Made by a program: the position numbers and the translations under genes. Shown piece by piece: positions 47,495 through 60,516 of a stretch of 64,000 nucleotides of DNA. The stretch is from Sarea resinae (lineage: Eukaryota). The notes beneath the pieces were generated by a model. The model was not told the origin of the DNA, searched no databases, and saw only the letters and a program-made list of their open reading frames with translations. The stretch is from NCBI GenBank assembly GCA_026026165.1, contig JAPEUD010000043.1, positions 62,001 through 126,000 of the forward strand. The letters are read 5' to 3'. Numbering within the stretch: the first letter of the stretch is position 1; each line of letters starts with the position of its first letter.

Positions 47495-48767
47495 GCGTGG
47501 GATGTGGGAGGCGAGGTGAGGGAAGAGACGGAGAGAGGGTTTAGGGTTTTGTGTATTTGCGGACCCAGGAATCGTGGTGTTGGTGACGTGTCTGTCGATC
47601 TGTGCGTGGATTGGAGTCTGGTCCCGTCGTTCCATCCATCTGTTCCGTTCGTTCGTTCGTTCGTTCGTTCGCTCGTTCGTTCACCCATCGCACGACCAAT
47701 GCTGCTATCAAGCCAGCCGGTCTGGTGAACATGACACCATGCATGAAGCCCCGTGGATCGAGACGAAAAGAAGTGGCTCCGAAAATCGGTCTCCGAACGA
47801 ACGAACGAACGAACGAGGGAGCCAGACAATGTGAAACACTTACTTCCTGGGCGCGACCGGACCGGACCGGACAGCCTCAGCCATGATGATTGACTGAGAC
47901 ATCTTGCCCATGATACACGCTTTTGTGCATAACAAGGAGGCCAAAAAGGAAGAAAGGAAGACAGGAGAGAGAGACTCGGCATTCCGGCCACATGTATCAT
48001 TTGCTTGTCTGATCTTGTCTTGTATCGTCTCGTCGGATGGGCATTCTTTCCCTCCTTTGTATTCTATTCTGTGGATGGAGTGGGGGAAATGGCGCTATTT
48101 TCTCTTTCCCTCTCTCCCTTTTTCCTTTTTCTTTTTTTCCCTTGAAGAGCAGGCCTCGCTCTCTTAGGCGCTCGTGGCGTGTTCCTCTCCTCGTTTCCTT
48201 TCCTTTCCTTTCCGTTCCTTTCCTTTCCTTTCCCGCCTCACATCGAATGCATGCCTTTCTTTCTACGCGAGGAAGAAGCAGGAGCTTGTTTAGGGTCGAA
48301 GGAGCGATGGGGATGGGGTGATAGAACGCAAGGGAACGGGATGGGATGGGATGGGATGGTTCAGGAATTAGCCAATGTCTCGAGCCCCAAAAAAGAAGAC
48401 GAAGACAGATGAATGCATGATATGGCTCTCTCTCTCTCTCTCTCCTGTTTTTCTTCCCTTTCTAGATTGTTTTACATAGATACAGATAGCAGCTCTGGTA
48501 TTGGTGGTGGGAACTAAGAGAACACGCTCTTCAACCGTCGTCTGCTGGGGGCTTGCTGTCTCAGTCCCTGTCCTAGTCCCCGTTTCTGTCTCTGCCTCTG
48601 TCTCTGCCTGTGCCTCTGTTGGGTTCCCTCTCTTCTCTTCTTGGGCCACCTATTCATACATACACTTTCCACCGCCCAAACCACCGAGGCGTCCTTTCTA
48701 CGTTCCCCCCCTCCCCCTCCCCCCACATGACCTCTCATTCTCATTCTCATTCTCCTCTCCTCTCCTC

Positions 48768-50059
48768 TCATACGATCCCTCCATAATACACCTTGCGGAC
48801 ATCAACCAGCTTCTTGCCGCGGGCGCGGGCAATCTCCTCGGGCAGCCGCTGGCGCATGAGGGCCTGGAACGTGGCCTTGGCCGTGTTCATGGGATTCCGG
48901 GACCGGGTCACGCGGGCGGCGAGGTCCGTGATCCCGGCGCAGCGGGCCATCTCGAAGATGTAGGGTTGGCAGCGGACACCGAAGCCTGGAGAGTGGAAAA
49001 GGGGGTTAGTGGTGGGGGTTTTCTTTTTTGCGTTGTTTTTTTGGGGGAGGGGAAGGGGGAAAAGAAAGACGAACCGGGAGGTCGGGACATCAGCTTCAGT
49101 TCGACGGCGCCGACCTTGCCGTCGACTTCGCCGAAGATGGTGCGGTTCTCGTATCGCGGCACGGGCTGCATGTTGCGGATGGCGGCCATGAGGGCCTGGC
49201 GCCGTGCGTCCTCGGGCTCGGCGGCCTTGCCCTCGCCGATGCCCAGCAGGCCGTCCTGGTTGCCCGCCACGGTGAGGTAGTACTGCGACGAGATCTTGCC
49301 CATGCGCGTCTGGTTGACGACGCGGTGGCGGACCAGGTTCTTGGCCCGGATCCGGCGGATGTCGTGTAGTGAGTAGCCCGTCTGCTGCAGCAGCCGGATC
49401 ATGTGCGGGTCCGCCCGCTGCGCGTCGTCGCCCTCGCTCTCGTTGGCCGAGAAGACGTATTCCGGGTCCTTGAACTTGGGGATCGCCGGGGCCAGGGCGC
49501 TGCGGGGAGCCCGTTCGGCGGCCTCGTCGCCGACCGTCAGCCGGTGCGAGTCGAGGAATTTCATCCACTCGACCCGGTCCGGGTTCTCGGGCAGGTTGCG
49601 CACCCAGGCGGCCAGGTCCGCGGCGATCTCGTCTTGCGACTTGAAGCGCAGCTGCGGGTCGTAGTTGGTGTGGGGGGAGCGGATAGGCTTGTCGATGAGG
49701 GGCCGGATGGTGCTGAAGTCGTCGAGGTAGGTGAGGGACATGGGCGCGTTGTTGATGGTGCCCTGGAGGGCCAGGTCCGAGGGGTCAATGGCGGATTCGC
49801 CCGCCTCGATGGCCGAGATCTGCTGCGGCGTGTAGCGTTCGGAGAGGGAGGCTCTGTCGGCCTCGCTGTAGGGTTTGTAGTTTTGCACGCCCGCCGAGCT
49901 CGAGGGCTTGAGGAGGCCCATGTCAGAGGCTTTGACGCTGGGGGCTTTGACGCGGCGCCGGGCACAGTGCGAGGGGGACGTGTGGAACGCTCGCCTTGTG
50001 AGAGGGTTGGAGCTGGTCGCCTTGGAGAGGAGACATCTTGCTGGGCGGGAGACGCTCAT
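48768..50059 (-). CDS. MRPS5: Mitochondrial ribosomal protein uS5m
   Basis: Arg/Ser-rich presequence MSVSRPARCLLS...RRAFH; S5 motifs RVVNQTRMGK, VAGNQDGLLGIGEGK, PRYENRTIFG, RPPG|FGVRC and RSRNPMN; intron 49074-48986. Confidence 0.95.
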
Positions 50060-50400
50060 GGTGACGGAAGGGAGAGGCTGAGCTCGCTCTCTCACACTCG
50101 CATGCCCCTTTGGCGGATGGTCTATGGGCGGGAGACCACTGCGGTGGAGATGGGGGATTGTTTTGGTGGTGGTGGTGGTGGTGGTGATATGGCTGAGTTG
50201 AAGCTGGAGAAATCCCGTTCGGTCGCTAGAGAGAAAGTGAGGTTGCACGTGAGGGCAATTTAAGCTTTGGAGCCGCAACAACAATCTACCGTCGTAGAAT
50301 GGAAGGTACACAGCTTTGGCGGACGAGTAGACGAAAGCGAATTTGCATACTGTCGCTTGCTTTTTTCCTTCTCTGCACCGCTCGACTCGAGCTTGGTTCG

Positions 50401-52147
50401 ATGTTCCGACTCAATCCCCTCCGACTCGGCCAATTCTCCCGCAAAGCCTCGACCCAGGCACCGTTTGTGCTCTGGAAACCTGCAATCATGAGCTCTGTCG
50501 CCCCCATTGCGCAGCGTGCGCAGCCTGCCGCCGCTGCCGCTGCCGCTGCCGCCGTCGCGAACGAGAATCCGAGGAAGCGTGCTTTTCAGCGTGGCCCGCC
50601 TGCGAAAAAGCGCAAGATCACGCAGAAAGTCAAAGAGGGGTCGGTCGAAGAAGTGCTTCTGGCAGACGTGCGACAGCTGATTGCAGCCCACGCTCTGCCC
50701 GATTCCCCGGAAAAACCCATCAACGAAGACGCCTCGGACGAACAGCCCAGCGTCGCCGCCCTCCCAGACCCTTTTACGGAAATCGAGCTCACCATCTCCG
50801 AGATCTCGTCCACGGGCGACGGGCTGGCCCTCTCGCCCACGTCCAACAAGCACGTCTACGTTGTCCCGTTCACTGCGCCGGGAGATAAAGTCACCGCGAA
50901 AGTGATTCGGCATTTCCCTCACCTCTGCTACAGCCAGACCGATTTCATCAACGTCCTGGTTCCTTCTCCCCAACGCGATGACTCCCGCGTCAAATGCCGC
51001 TATTTTGCCTCTTGCTCCGGGTGCCAATTCCAGATGCTCTCCTATGCGGACCAACTAGCGCACAAGAAAACCATCATCGAGAAAGCCTACCGCAACTTTT
51101 CAGGTCTGGCCGCCTCGCTCGTCCCGGCCGTCGGCGACACGATCGGCTCGCCGTTGGAGTACGGCTATCGCACCAAGCTGACGCCACATTTCGACGGTCC
51201 GCCGGGGTACCGCAGTCGAAAGGACCGCCGAAACGGAGTGCAGAAGGGGTTCGAGGAGGTGCCGCCGATTGGATTTATGAAGAAGGGCACGCGCAAGACG
51301 ATCGATATTGAAGATTGCCCTATCGGTACCGACGCCGTGAGGATGGGCATGAAACGTGAGAGGAAGAGGGTGGTGGATGAGATAGCAAAGTACAAGAAGG
51401 GCGCCACGCTGCTCCTGCGAGAAAGCACGAAGCGCATCCCAAAAGAAGAAAAAGACGCCGAATCTATTACTCCTACCACCACCGAGTCAGACGGCCAGAA
51501 TACAATCCGCATCGACCACCCGGCCTACACGGAGGAGAAAACCTGCGTCACGGACCCCAACGCCACAACAACCGAATACATCTCCAGCTACATCTTCTCG
51601 AACCCAGCGGGGTCCTTTTTCCAGAACAACAACAGCATCCTGGAGCCCTTCACCTCGTACATCCGATCGCACATCCTCCCCGCTGTTTCTTTATCCGCGA
51701 CCCAGAAACAGCCCAAATACCTCATCGACGCCTACTCGGGCAGCGGCCTCTTCACCATCACGCTCTCGACGCTGCCGTCGCTCTCGCGCTCCATCGGCAT
51801 CGACATCTCGGCGTCGTCGATCACGTCCGCGCTGCACAACCTGCGCCTCAACGCCATCGGCCCGTCGCGGGCCACGTTCCTGGCCGCCGACGCCGGCGCC
51901 CTCTTCGCCCAGGTGGCCGACTACCCGCCCGACGAGACCGTCGTCATCCTCGACCCGCCGCGCAAGGGCTGCGATCTGGACTTCCTGCGCCAGCTGGTCC
52001 GCTTCGGCGCCGACCGCGTCATCTACGTCAGCTGTAACGTGCATACGCAGGCCAGGGATGTCGGGTTTCTGGTCGGCGGGGCTGGGGTGGGGTGGGGAGT
52101 GGGAGGAGATGCGGCGGCCGTGCGGGGCGCGTTTGGGAACCAGAAGA

Positions 52148-52190
<43 letters not shown>

Positions 52191-52482
52191 GAAGCATGCC
52201 GGCGAGGTCAATGGCAACGACGACGACGACGATGCCGGCGACGCCAGTGCAGGATGGTACGACATGGAAAGTCTGGTCGGCTTCGACTTTTTCCCGCAGA
52301 CGGGCCATGTAGAGAGCGTCGCTGTTCTGAGGAGGCGGAAATACCCAGTCGTCGCGGGCGTAGGGGCAGATGCCGGCACAGGGGCAGATGCCGGCGTAGG
52401 CGTAAACAAAAGCATAGCAGAAGACATGGCGGACGTTGCAGACGTGGCAGATAAAGGAGATACGGGTACACAGTTAGGGTAG
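50401..52482 (+). CDS. TRM2: tRNA (uracil-54-C5)-methyltransferase Trm2
   Basis: TRAM-like region, CRYFASCSGCQFQ, YGYRTKLTPHF, SFFQNN, DAYSGSGLF, LDPPRKG, YVSCN and FFPQTGHVESV. The start is uncertain (ATGs at 50299, 50401 and 50488). Confidence 0.95.
52150..52188 (+). repeat. (GCT)13 coding microsatellite (poly-Ala in Trm2)
   Basis: Read directly. Confidence 0.95.
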
Positions 52483-52796
52483 AGTGAGAAGGGAGAGATG
52501 GACTAGGCGGACGGACAGACAGATGGACAGATGGACGGAAAGGATGGATATATGATCTAGAGAGATAGAGAGAGAGGCATTAGAGGGTTTATGGAAGATG
52601 TTTATCTGTAAATATATAGGATATATACGATATACCTTAGGGACGTACTTCGTCCTATCTAGCCATCAAAACGCAGTTAGGAAAGAGAATCAGGATATCA
52701 AAAACCCCTGATTAACAGGGTCAAGAGTGAGAGAGAGGAAGGAAAGAAAAGAGAAGGGAATAAAAAGAAAAAAGAAAAAAGAAAAAGGAGAAGGAG

Positions 52797-52834
<38 letters not shown>

Positions 52835-53028
52835 CAGAAAGTGAGAGAGCCATCGTGCGTCCCGTGTCCCGTAATTCGCAACCTGTAGTCCTATACGATC
52901 TAAACTCCATCCGTATCCATATCCATACCCAGCCATCCTACTAACCACGCCCCTCTCTCTTGGCTGCCGCATGCCCCCTTTCCCATCCGATCAGATACGT
53001 TACAAAAAACCACCACTCCGACGACGAT

Positions 53029-54813
53029 TTAAACATGCTCGACAGGCCTCACAGCCGCCTTCCACAGCTCGGCCTCGCCGTCTCCCCGATCACCCGGACC
53101 AAGCGCATCATTAACACCTCCCAGCTCCCAGCTGCCGACTCGTTCCCGCGGCTGTTGCGCGCCCGACTCCTTGCCCATCTCCGTGGCCGCTCCTTCAGAG
53201 CCGACGAGATCCGGGTCCGAGGCCAATTTCTCGCCTTTCTTGAACCCGCCGCCGAGGGTGGAGGCGCTCGTCCGGCGCGACTGGACGCGATGCAGTCGAA
53301 GACCGCCCAGAAGAAAACCGGCGAGCAGAGCGAGGAGCATGACGGCGAGCGTGACGAGCGCGCCGATGACGCCTCCTACGGCGGGCGAGACGCTGTTCTT
53401 ACGCGCCTTGCACGTCCCAGCGGACGAAGAAGAGCCCGAAGAGCCCGACGATCCGGACGCACCGTCCCAGGCGCTGCTGTTGTATGCCGCGCAGAATAGA
53501 CTGGGGCTGTTGCAGGCGGAGCACCATTCGTCCGCGCTGCCGAGCATGATATCGCCCATGTTCAGCGCGAAATCGGCAAAGGTCATGTCGGGCTGGTCTG
53601 GGCCCTGGCCGAAGAGCGGGTACGACATCAGGCCCTGGCTGTCGCCGGTGCCGTTACGGAAGAGGAAGCGAACCATCATGTCGTCCGTCGAGGGGTAGGC
53701 CGTTGATGTGCCAGCGTCCGAGGACGAATTACCGGTGCTCGTCAGGTTGTAGCTGTAAAGCTCGAACACCAGAGACGAGCCATAGTCTGGGAGCCCATAG
53801 AAATTGGGACTGATGTTCGGCAGGTCGGCCAGGGCGAAGAAAGAGAGAAAGGGCTCGTACGAAGAGAAGAGGAGCGAGAGTTTGGCGTCCGCGCCCCCGC
53901 TTTCGATGTTCGTGTACAGTTGGCCCAGGATCTCAGCGGCGAGGGTCTTACCCGCAATGGTACGGATCTTGTCACCCTTGGTCAGGCCCGAGGCGGTGGT
54001 GTTGCCGTTCTTGGCATACTCGGCTTGGTCCGCCAGGACGCGCAGTTGGGTCAGGTCCGAATAAGTGATATCGACATCACGGACGCTGACGTTGTGCATA
54101 AAGGCATAGTTGGCGTAGTCGAAAATTTCGTAGGCGCTGACGAAATTGGCCAAAGACGAATCCATGATGCCGTCTAGCACTGTTCCCTGGAAGGATTGGT
54201 AAAAAGAATTGGTGGCCGTTTGAGTCTGCTTGAAATTGGCCGTATCGTAGTATTCGTCACCGGAGACAGAATACTCGGGACAATTCTCCATTCCGTTTAT
54301 CCATATACTATTAGGATCGAGAGGGGAAACAGTCTCTATCAGTGGGTACTGATAACCTCCAAGCGGAGTATTAATGTCAGATCCGTTGGCTAGGATAGAC
54401 ATGGAATTGATGATCAGTTGGTCGCTGAGGTCGTCCAATGGCGGATACAAGCCCTGCATGAAAGCCTGCGCAGAGGCCGTCATATACAGGTCGTCTGTCG
54501 ACAGGATTGAAAGCTGATCATTGTCAAGGCCAAATTCGGAAATTCCGAGAATCTGGGAGTTGGTGGTGACGTTGGCCACGCCCGGTCCGGACGAGACGAC
54601 ATAGCGATCGCGAAAGACTGAGCCAGCTGCATACAACTGCTGCGCGCCCAGTTGCGTCAATAGCAACGTTCCGGGTACCAGAACGGGTGTGCGCTCGCCA
54701 TGACGGGTGACGACCACAGAGCTGTGTATCGTCTCTCCAAAGCTATCGTCGGATTGCGCTTTCGTCAAACCGACAGCCAGACCGGCAACAGCCAGGATCT
54801 TGGACACGAACAT
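53029..54813 (-). CDS. Histidine phosphatase superfamily (branch 2, acid-phosphatase-like) protein with signal peptide and C-terminal TM helix
   Basis: Single exon; MFVSKILAVAGLAVGLTKA signal; RHGERTP nucleophile motif; LTQLGAQQ; TM AVGGVIGALVTLAVMLLALLAGFLLGG. Confidence 0.9.
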   Translation of the reverse strand: MFVSKILAVAGLAVGLTKAQSDDSFGETIHSSVVVTRHGERTPVLVPGTLLLTQLGAQQLYAAGSVFRDRYVVSSGPGVANVTTNSQILGISEFGLDNDQLSILSTDDLYMTASAQAFMQGLYPPLDDLSDQLIINSMSILANGSDINTPLGGYQYPLIETVSPLDPNSIWINGMENCPEYSVSGDEYYDTANFKQTQTATNSFYQSFQGTVLDGIMDSSLANFVSAYEIFDYANYAFMHNVSVRDVDITYSDLTQLRVLADQAEYAKNGNTTASGLTKGDKIRTIAGKTLAAEILGQLYTNIESGGADAKLSLLFSSYEPFLSFFALADLPNISPNFYGLPDYGSSLVFELYSYNLTSTGNSSSDAGTSTAYPSTDDMMVRFLFRNGTGDSQGLMSYPLFGQGPDQPDMTFADFALNMGDIMLGSADEWCSACNSPSLFCAAYNSSAWDGASGSSGSSGSSSSAGTCKARKNSVSPAVGGVIGALVTLAVMLLALLAGFLLGGLRLHRVQSRRTSASTLGGGFKKGEKLASDPDLVGSEGAATEMGKESGAQQPRERVGSWELGGVNDALGPGDRGDGEAELWKAAVRPVEHV

Positions 54814-56362
54814 CTTGAACGAAACGATAATCTATATCAGTCGGAAGTATAAACATGAACGGTCTCAAAGGCAAAGCAAGCTGAGAAAAATGCATCCGGG
54901 AGTTTTCACGAGCGCATTGGCGGAACGCTGCCGTCATAAGTAAACGGGCAGCTCACACCCACCGCATGGCAGACGGCCACACAGCCGATGGGCAACACAA
55001 GCCGATAGACAGCCAAAGCCGATAGCCCAAAGCCAAAGACATCACGAGGAGCCCGATGATCAACAAGCCCGCAGGAGACTAGGGTCAGGGTAGGGTAAGG
55101 AAGCTTTGAAACTGGGAGGGACACTGGCGCGCCGACATCATCATTCTTCAGGTGGCCCGCAACGAGAGCAACTTTAAGCCTTGCGCCTTGAGCTACCCCC
55201 GTCGGTACACTATCGCATTACAGGGCTACTTATCGCGTGCGTGCGGAGAGCGGAGAGCGCGGGTGTGCCATGAGCAAGGAGTAGCTCTGGAAGGGGAGCT
55301 CTAGCACTGAGGGAGCTAGCCCGGGCTCTTCTCAGCGTCTCTTTCCCATGGCTGGCAAGGCTGATCTGGCACTGCACTGCAATGGCAGAGGTCATGAGCC
55401 CGACTGCCCTGCTGTGGCTGGCTCCGGCTGGCTCTGGTTGGCACCTCCGTCCAAGAGGGCACGGTGCTGAGAGAGCGGGGAGTGGATGAAGAGGCATCGA
55501 TATGCGGGCAGCCTTCTGGCATCCATGGTGTGGAGGGGCATTTCCGTGCATGGTGCTCTCTGCTTGGCAGTCAGCATCCGAGTTGAGGGCGCGGCATATC
55601 AAGCTTATCGATAGCCTGAGCTTATCGGAATGCCTGTTGTTCCCGCTGCACGGACCTACCAGGCTATGCCGTCTTTGCCCATGTCCACGGTCACAGCACG
55701 GTAGAGTAGTAGAGTAGCACGTCCGCCGGAGTACACTGCACAGTAGACGGCTGGCATGCCAATCCATCATCACGACGTAGTTCGTACACGAGAGGATGCA
55801 TCGATGCAATCATCAATCATGCCCACCTGCGGGAATCCATGGATGGTATGTGAGGCACGAGCCAATGCGCAGTTGCTCTCGCTCTGGCTCTCGCACTCAC
55901 TCACTCTCTGTGCCCGCAGAGCAGCATTTCGTGGTCGTCAAGCGCATGGCCGCGGCTCTATATGCTGTCAGTTTGCAACTCGAGGTTCGCCCGTTTGGAA
56001 TCCCGCAGATGAAGACGACGATCAGAGCGCAGACGGTTCACCATGACACTCCGAACAATCTCCTCGATGGCCTCGGCCTCGGTCTCTCCGTGCTCGGTGT
56101 CTCCATCCGCAAAGGGAAACGTAAGCGAAGGCGCACGATGACGCGGTGATTGGCTCGGCTAGGTCGGCCGGCACCCAAGATTACTAATGGCCCACTCAGC
56201 ATTTATCCGTGGACTTCAGGGCACGGGTTTCGAAGTTGGGGCTTAGGTCAAGGGCTTGCTGCCTTATCTGACGACATCATCAACCTGCACCCAAACCACC
56301 CATTATCGCGTCGCAGTCCGTTCAAACGGTGGAATAGCATTGCGCTATTTCACTGATTCAAC

Positions 56363-59061
56363 ATGCAAGCCGCCAACTTTCCCGGCGCGCCCCAGGCTTC
56401 TCTTGGTGAGTTGGTCGTCGATGCATCGCTTCGTCGCTTCATCGCTTCAATGCGTGCTTATCACCATGATCCCTTGACCCTTGCCCTTCTTGCGACCTTC
56501 TATCACTCAGACCTCAGTCCTTGCTTGCGGTCACCGTCGCTGATGATTGTCGCGATTAGCCCAAAGCAGTGCTCGGCCTGCCGATGCCGTCAACAGCCAA
56601 GCCATGACGGAAGGCGACGATACGTTCCGAGGACATCAGCGCAAACGCCGGAGGACATCATCCCTCGACGACGGCAACGCAGAGAAGCGTCTCAGACAAG
56701 CGTTGGGGCTAGGACAGCCCCCCCATGAAGACCATCATGCCCATTCCGCCACCTTTCAGTCTCATCCGGCGACCGCAAGAGAGGATGAACAGCATGCGAC
56801 CCCGCAGGCAGAGCCGGTGCATATGCAAGAGAGTTATCCTGTCGATGGGCCGATACATGCGCCAGTTCCTGAGTCTGCATCTGGGCTGGAGAGTCGACCT
56901 GGTACCGAACAAGCGCAATCGGGAGAATCCTCCCAGGACCCCTGGGCGGCTGCTATCGCAGGGCTCGTAGACTACCAGTACCGGGACCAAGGGTCTCCCG
57001 ACCATGACAGTGGAACGGGAGTGTCGGACTCTCCGGACTGGTTGTCATTTGACGCCAGTCTGCATCTCAAGGTTCAGAGCCTGCCAATCCTGGATAATCT
57101 GGTACGTGTGGACTTGCTCGTGGCTGCCATTCCACCAGACATTGACATGGCATCAGGCGACACAAATACTAGGCTCTTTGGCGAAGAAGTCATACCCCGA
57201 ACTACTGTCCATTGTCACAGAAGAGGACTCGGAGTCTGGACAGGCATACTCTACGCTCAAGTCGCTTTTCGATCACACCAAAAAGGTCTACTCCCAACAC
57301 GACCCGTTTCTTTCGCCCTACCAGCTTAACCTCCACGAGCAATCGCAACTTGATACGATACGAAAGACCAATCTCACCACTTTCGTCACCAGCGTGTTTG
57401 GAAGTCAAGATGTTGGCTTCTACCACCTGAACGAATTCTTCTTCGACACTTTCGTGCCCGAGGGCGGGCGCTTGCTCAAATCACAGGGCGCACTCTTTTT
57501 GGACCTCAAGACCCAAGCCTACATTTCGGCCATGTCCCACGGCGAAAGGAGTCGAGAGGAGATCCTGGAGGATTTGTTTCCGACTGATCTTGAGCAGTGG
57601 CTGCTCGATCGGCGGCCTGGTGCAAAACAGTTGGCGCCAAGTGAGCTGGACTTTGTCAAACGCGCACAGAGCCGACGTGAGCATCTGCTGGAATTGTCGG
57701 GCGACGACAAAGCTATTGCTGCGCTGCCTGACCGATATGCCTGGGAAGATTTTCTTCGGGACGTCAGCAATTACGTGAGCAAGAATTTCAACAACGTTGT
57801 AGGTGCTCCGGTCCCTGGCTTTTTGCACTTTACTGATTTTCACCAGGCCCGCAGAACGCATGCGGGAAGGGAGCGTCATTCTTTTCAGGCACCGGAATAT
57901 CAAGCGCCTGTTGAAGATGACCAGACCCAACTTCCAAACGAGCAAGAGACGCAGGTCGACGACACGACCGAAGACGATGTCATCCAGAAAGCCGCTCGTG
58001 CCGTGCAGGTGGCGCTCTACGGAGAATCTCATGATCAGCAGATACCTCAGGAGGCAGGACAGGAGCACCAATATCAGCAAGGGCAGCCATCCCATCAACC
58101 AGAGTACAACCCCTACAACGGGCACTCGGATTCCACTCACGACCTCTCGCAGTCCCTCGGCGACGTCCCAGACATCCCGTATCACACGCAGACGGCGCCT
58201 ACACAAGTCCTCTACGAGCGCGCCCGCCAAGCGGCCACGGCCAAAGCCTCGCCCAACAACCGTCGAGCGGGTCTTCCCAGCCAGCGTCGCCCGTGGACGA
58301 CCGAAGAAGAAAACGCACTGATGGCGGGCCTCGACCGGGTCAAGGGCCCGCACTGGAGCCAGATCCTAGCCATGTTCGGCGCGGGCGGCACGGTGAACGA
58401 GGTGCTCAAGGACCGCAACCAAGTGCAGCTCAAAGACAAGGCGCGCAACCTCAAGCTCTTCTTCCTCAAGAGCGGCATCGAGGTGCCGTACTATCTGCAA
58501 TTCGTCACGGGCGAGCTCAAGACGCGGGCGCCGGCGCAGGCGGCCAAACACGAGGCTCGCGAACGCGCGCGCCTGATGGGTGAGGAGGACAAGGCGCATA
58601 TCGAGGGTGTCATGGCGCTGGTCAATGGATCGTCACGGCAAGACAGCATCGATACGACGGCGACGCCCGAAGCGCAGGTCCAGTCACAAGCCCAGACACA
58701 GGAGTCGGGCACCACGCCATCGTATGGCGATCCACAGCAGCCGCCGCAGCAGCTCGATGCGGTTCATCAGCTCGCACATATCGCTGATTATGAACAGCGC
58801 CTTGAGCAATCCTTGCGTGCGGCCAAGGAGGCAGAACAAGCCGAGGAGGCGGAGTTGGCACAGCAGGTGTTGCAGCAGGCACAGCAGCAGGTGCAGCAGC
58901 AGGTTCAGCAAGAGCAGCAGCAAGATCCACACGGCCAACAAGGTCAGCAAGTGCAGCCAGAGCATCAGGAACAGCAAAGACAGCAAGGACAGCAAGGACA
59001 GCAAGAACAACAAGAACAACAAGGAGAGCAGCAAGGACAAGAAGCTCTGTCAGCTCATTGA
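56363..59061 (+). CDS. TBF1: Telomere-repeat-binding Myb/telobox protein (Tbf1-like) with TRF-like domain and Gln-rich tail
   Basis: Exon 56363-56405, intron to 56559; QSLPILDNL|ATQIL, LFLDLKTQAYIS, and Myb domain RRPWTTEEENALMAGL...WSQIL...LKDRNQVQLKDKARNLK. Confidence 0.9.
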
Positions 59062-60516
59062 AACACATAATACGATCACAAGCTAGGCAATTGTGCACAA
59101 TTCGATTCAAAAGTGCCTATCTAGCCGTGCTTACTTTTCTCATTACCTACTCGCGTTACTATCTACACTCCTGCCCTCTATCTGTTGTCATCACTCTGGC
59201 CAGCACTGCTACTGTCCCTTTCGCTATTCCAGCCCGCCCCGAAAACCCTGGGCTATCGAACGCGGGTCAGCGGACTAGGAAAGGCAGTTCTCCGTCCCTC
59301 CTCTCTTCTCCCATCCCCCTCATCTCCCTCCTCTTCGTCCTCCTCTTCTTCTATCCACTTCCAAGAGAAAAACCTCACGAGTCCCCCTCGGCCGGACAGT
59401 CGGTCCGTCGGTCTCCGTCGATATGGCACGGTGTTTTCGGCTTGGTGATTTGTTCTATTTCGTTTCATTTCGATTTCATTTCGATTTGTGGGCGGGCGTA
59501 GGCCAAAAGTAAAGTTTCAAGTTAAAAAGTCAAAGTGTTGGCTGGGTCATGGTCGCGGTAGGGGCAGGGGCTGGGGCGGCTTGGAGCGTGGAGTGCGCAG
59601 CGTGGAGTGTGCATGGCGTTCTTGTTCTTCCCCCTTTTTTCCTTTTTTCCCCCCCCCCTCCCTCTCTTCTCCTTCTCTTCTTCCTTTGCAAGAGTAGCCG
59701 ACTTGTCCGGTCCGGTCCTGACCTGTCCTGACCTGTCTGGTTGCGACTCGGCGGCACAGTTCTCATCTTCATTTTCCTTTTCCACTTTCGTCTTCTCTGT
59801 GGAGTGGTGTGGTGTGGCGTTTGGATAGGCGATAGGCGATGCTGATAGGCGATGGCGATGGCACTGGGGATGGTTGATACCGGATTGCTAAGACGGAGCG
59901 ATAGACGCCTGACGGGCAGGTATACGGGACGGGCTGGCAGGTACGCGGGGCGGGCGGACCGGGGGGGTTTAACGGGCGACTGGGTGACTGGGTGGGTGGG
60001 TGGGTTTGGTGCTCTTTCTCTTTCTCTTTCTCTTTCTCTCTCGTTCTTTCTTCCTTTCTTTCCTTCTTGTAAATATGATGGCGATGGTCAGATGGTGACG
60101 GTGGATATAGACCGCGGTAAGATGGGATGGGATGGGATAAGGTGGGATAAGGTGGAATCCACATTACAGAAATGAATCCAAGTAAATCAAAGTAAATCAA
60201 TCAATTGGTTACGATGGGTACGATGGGTACGAAGGTCACGAGAATTGCGCGTAGTGATGACTTTACTCTAATGTCATGTCATGTCATGTCATGGCTTTGT
60301 CGGGGCGTGGTTTTATCTATATCTATATCTGGCTACTATAATATACTAAGGGGGGTCGGTGGAACTAGTTCTCTTTTCTCTTCTCTTCTCTTCTCTTCCC
60401 TCTTCCCTCTTCCCTCTTCCCTCTTCCCTCTTCCCTTTCTCTCCTCTTTCTCCTCCGCTCTCTCCAGATCCCCTTCTACCCCGCCCCTCACACCCAAAAC
60501 ACACACACACACTCAC

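Noticed and set aside
49403..51054. Long antisense ORFs over MRPS5 and TRM2 (similarly 19633-20448 and 57481-58353)
   Set aside because: Shadow ORFs caused by high GC3 codon bias on the opposite strand.
55960..56150. Coding-looking minus-strand frame (DGDTEHGETEAEAIEEIVRS...)
   Set aside because: Bounded by stops, short, with no suitable start or splice acceptor.
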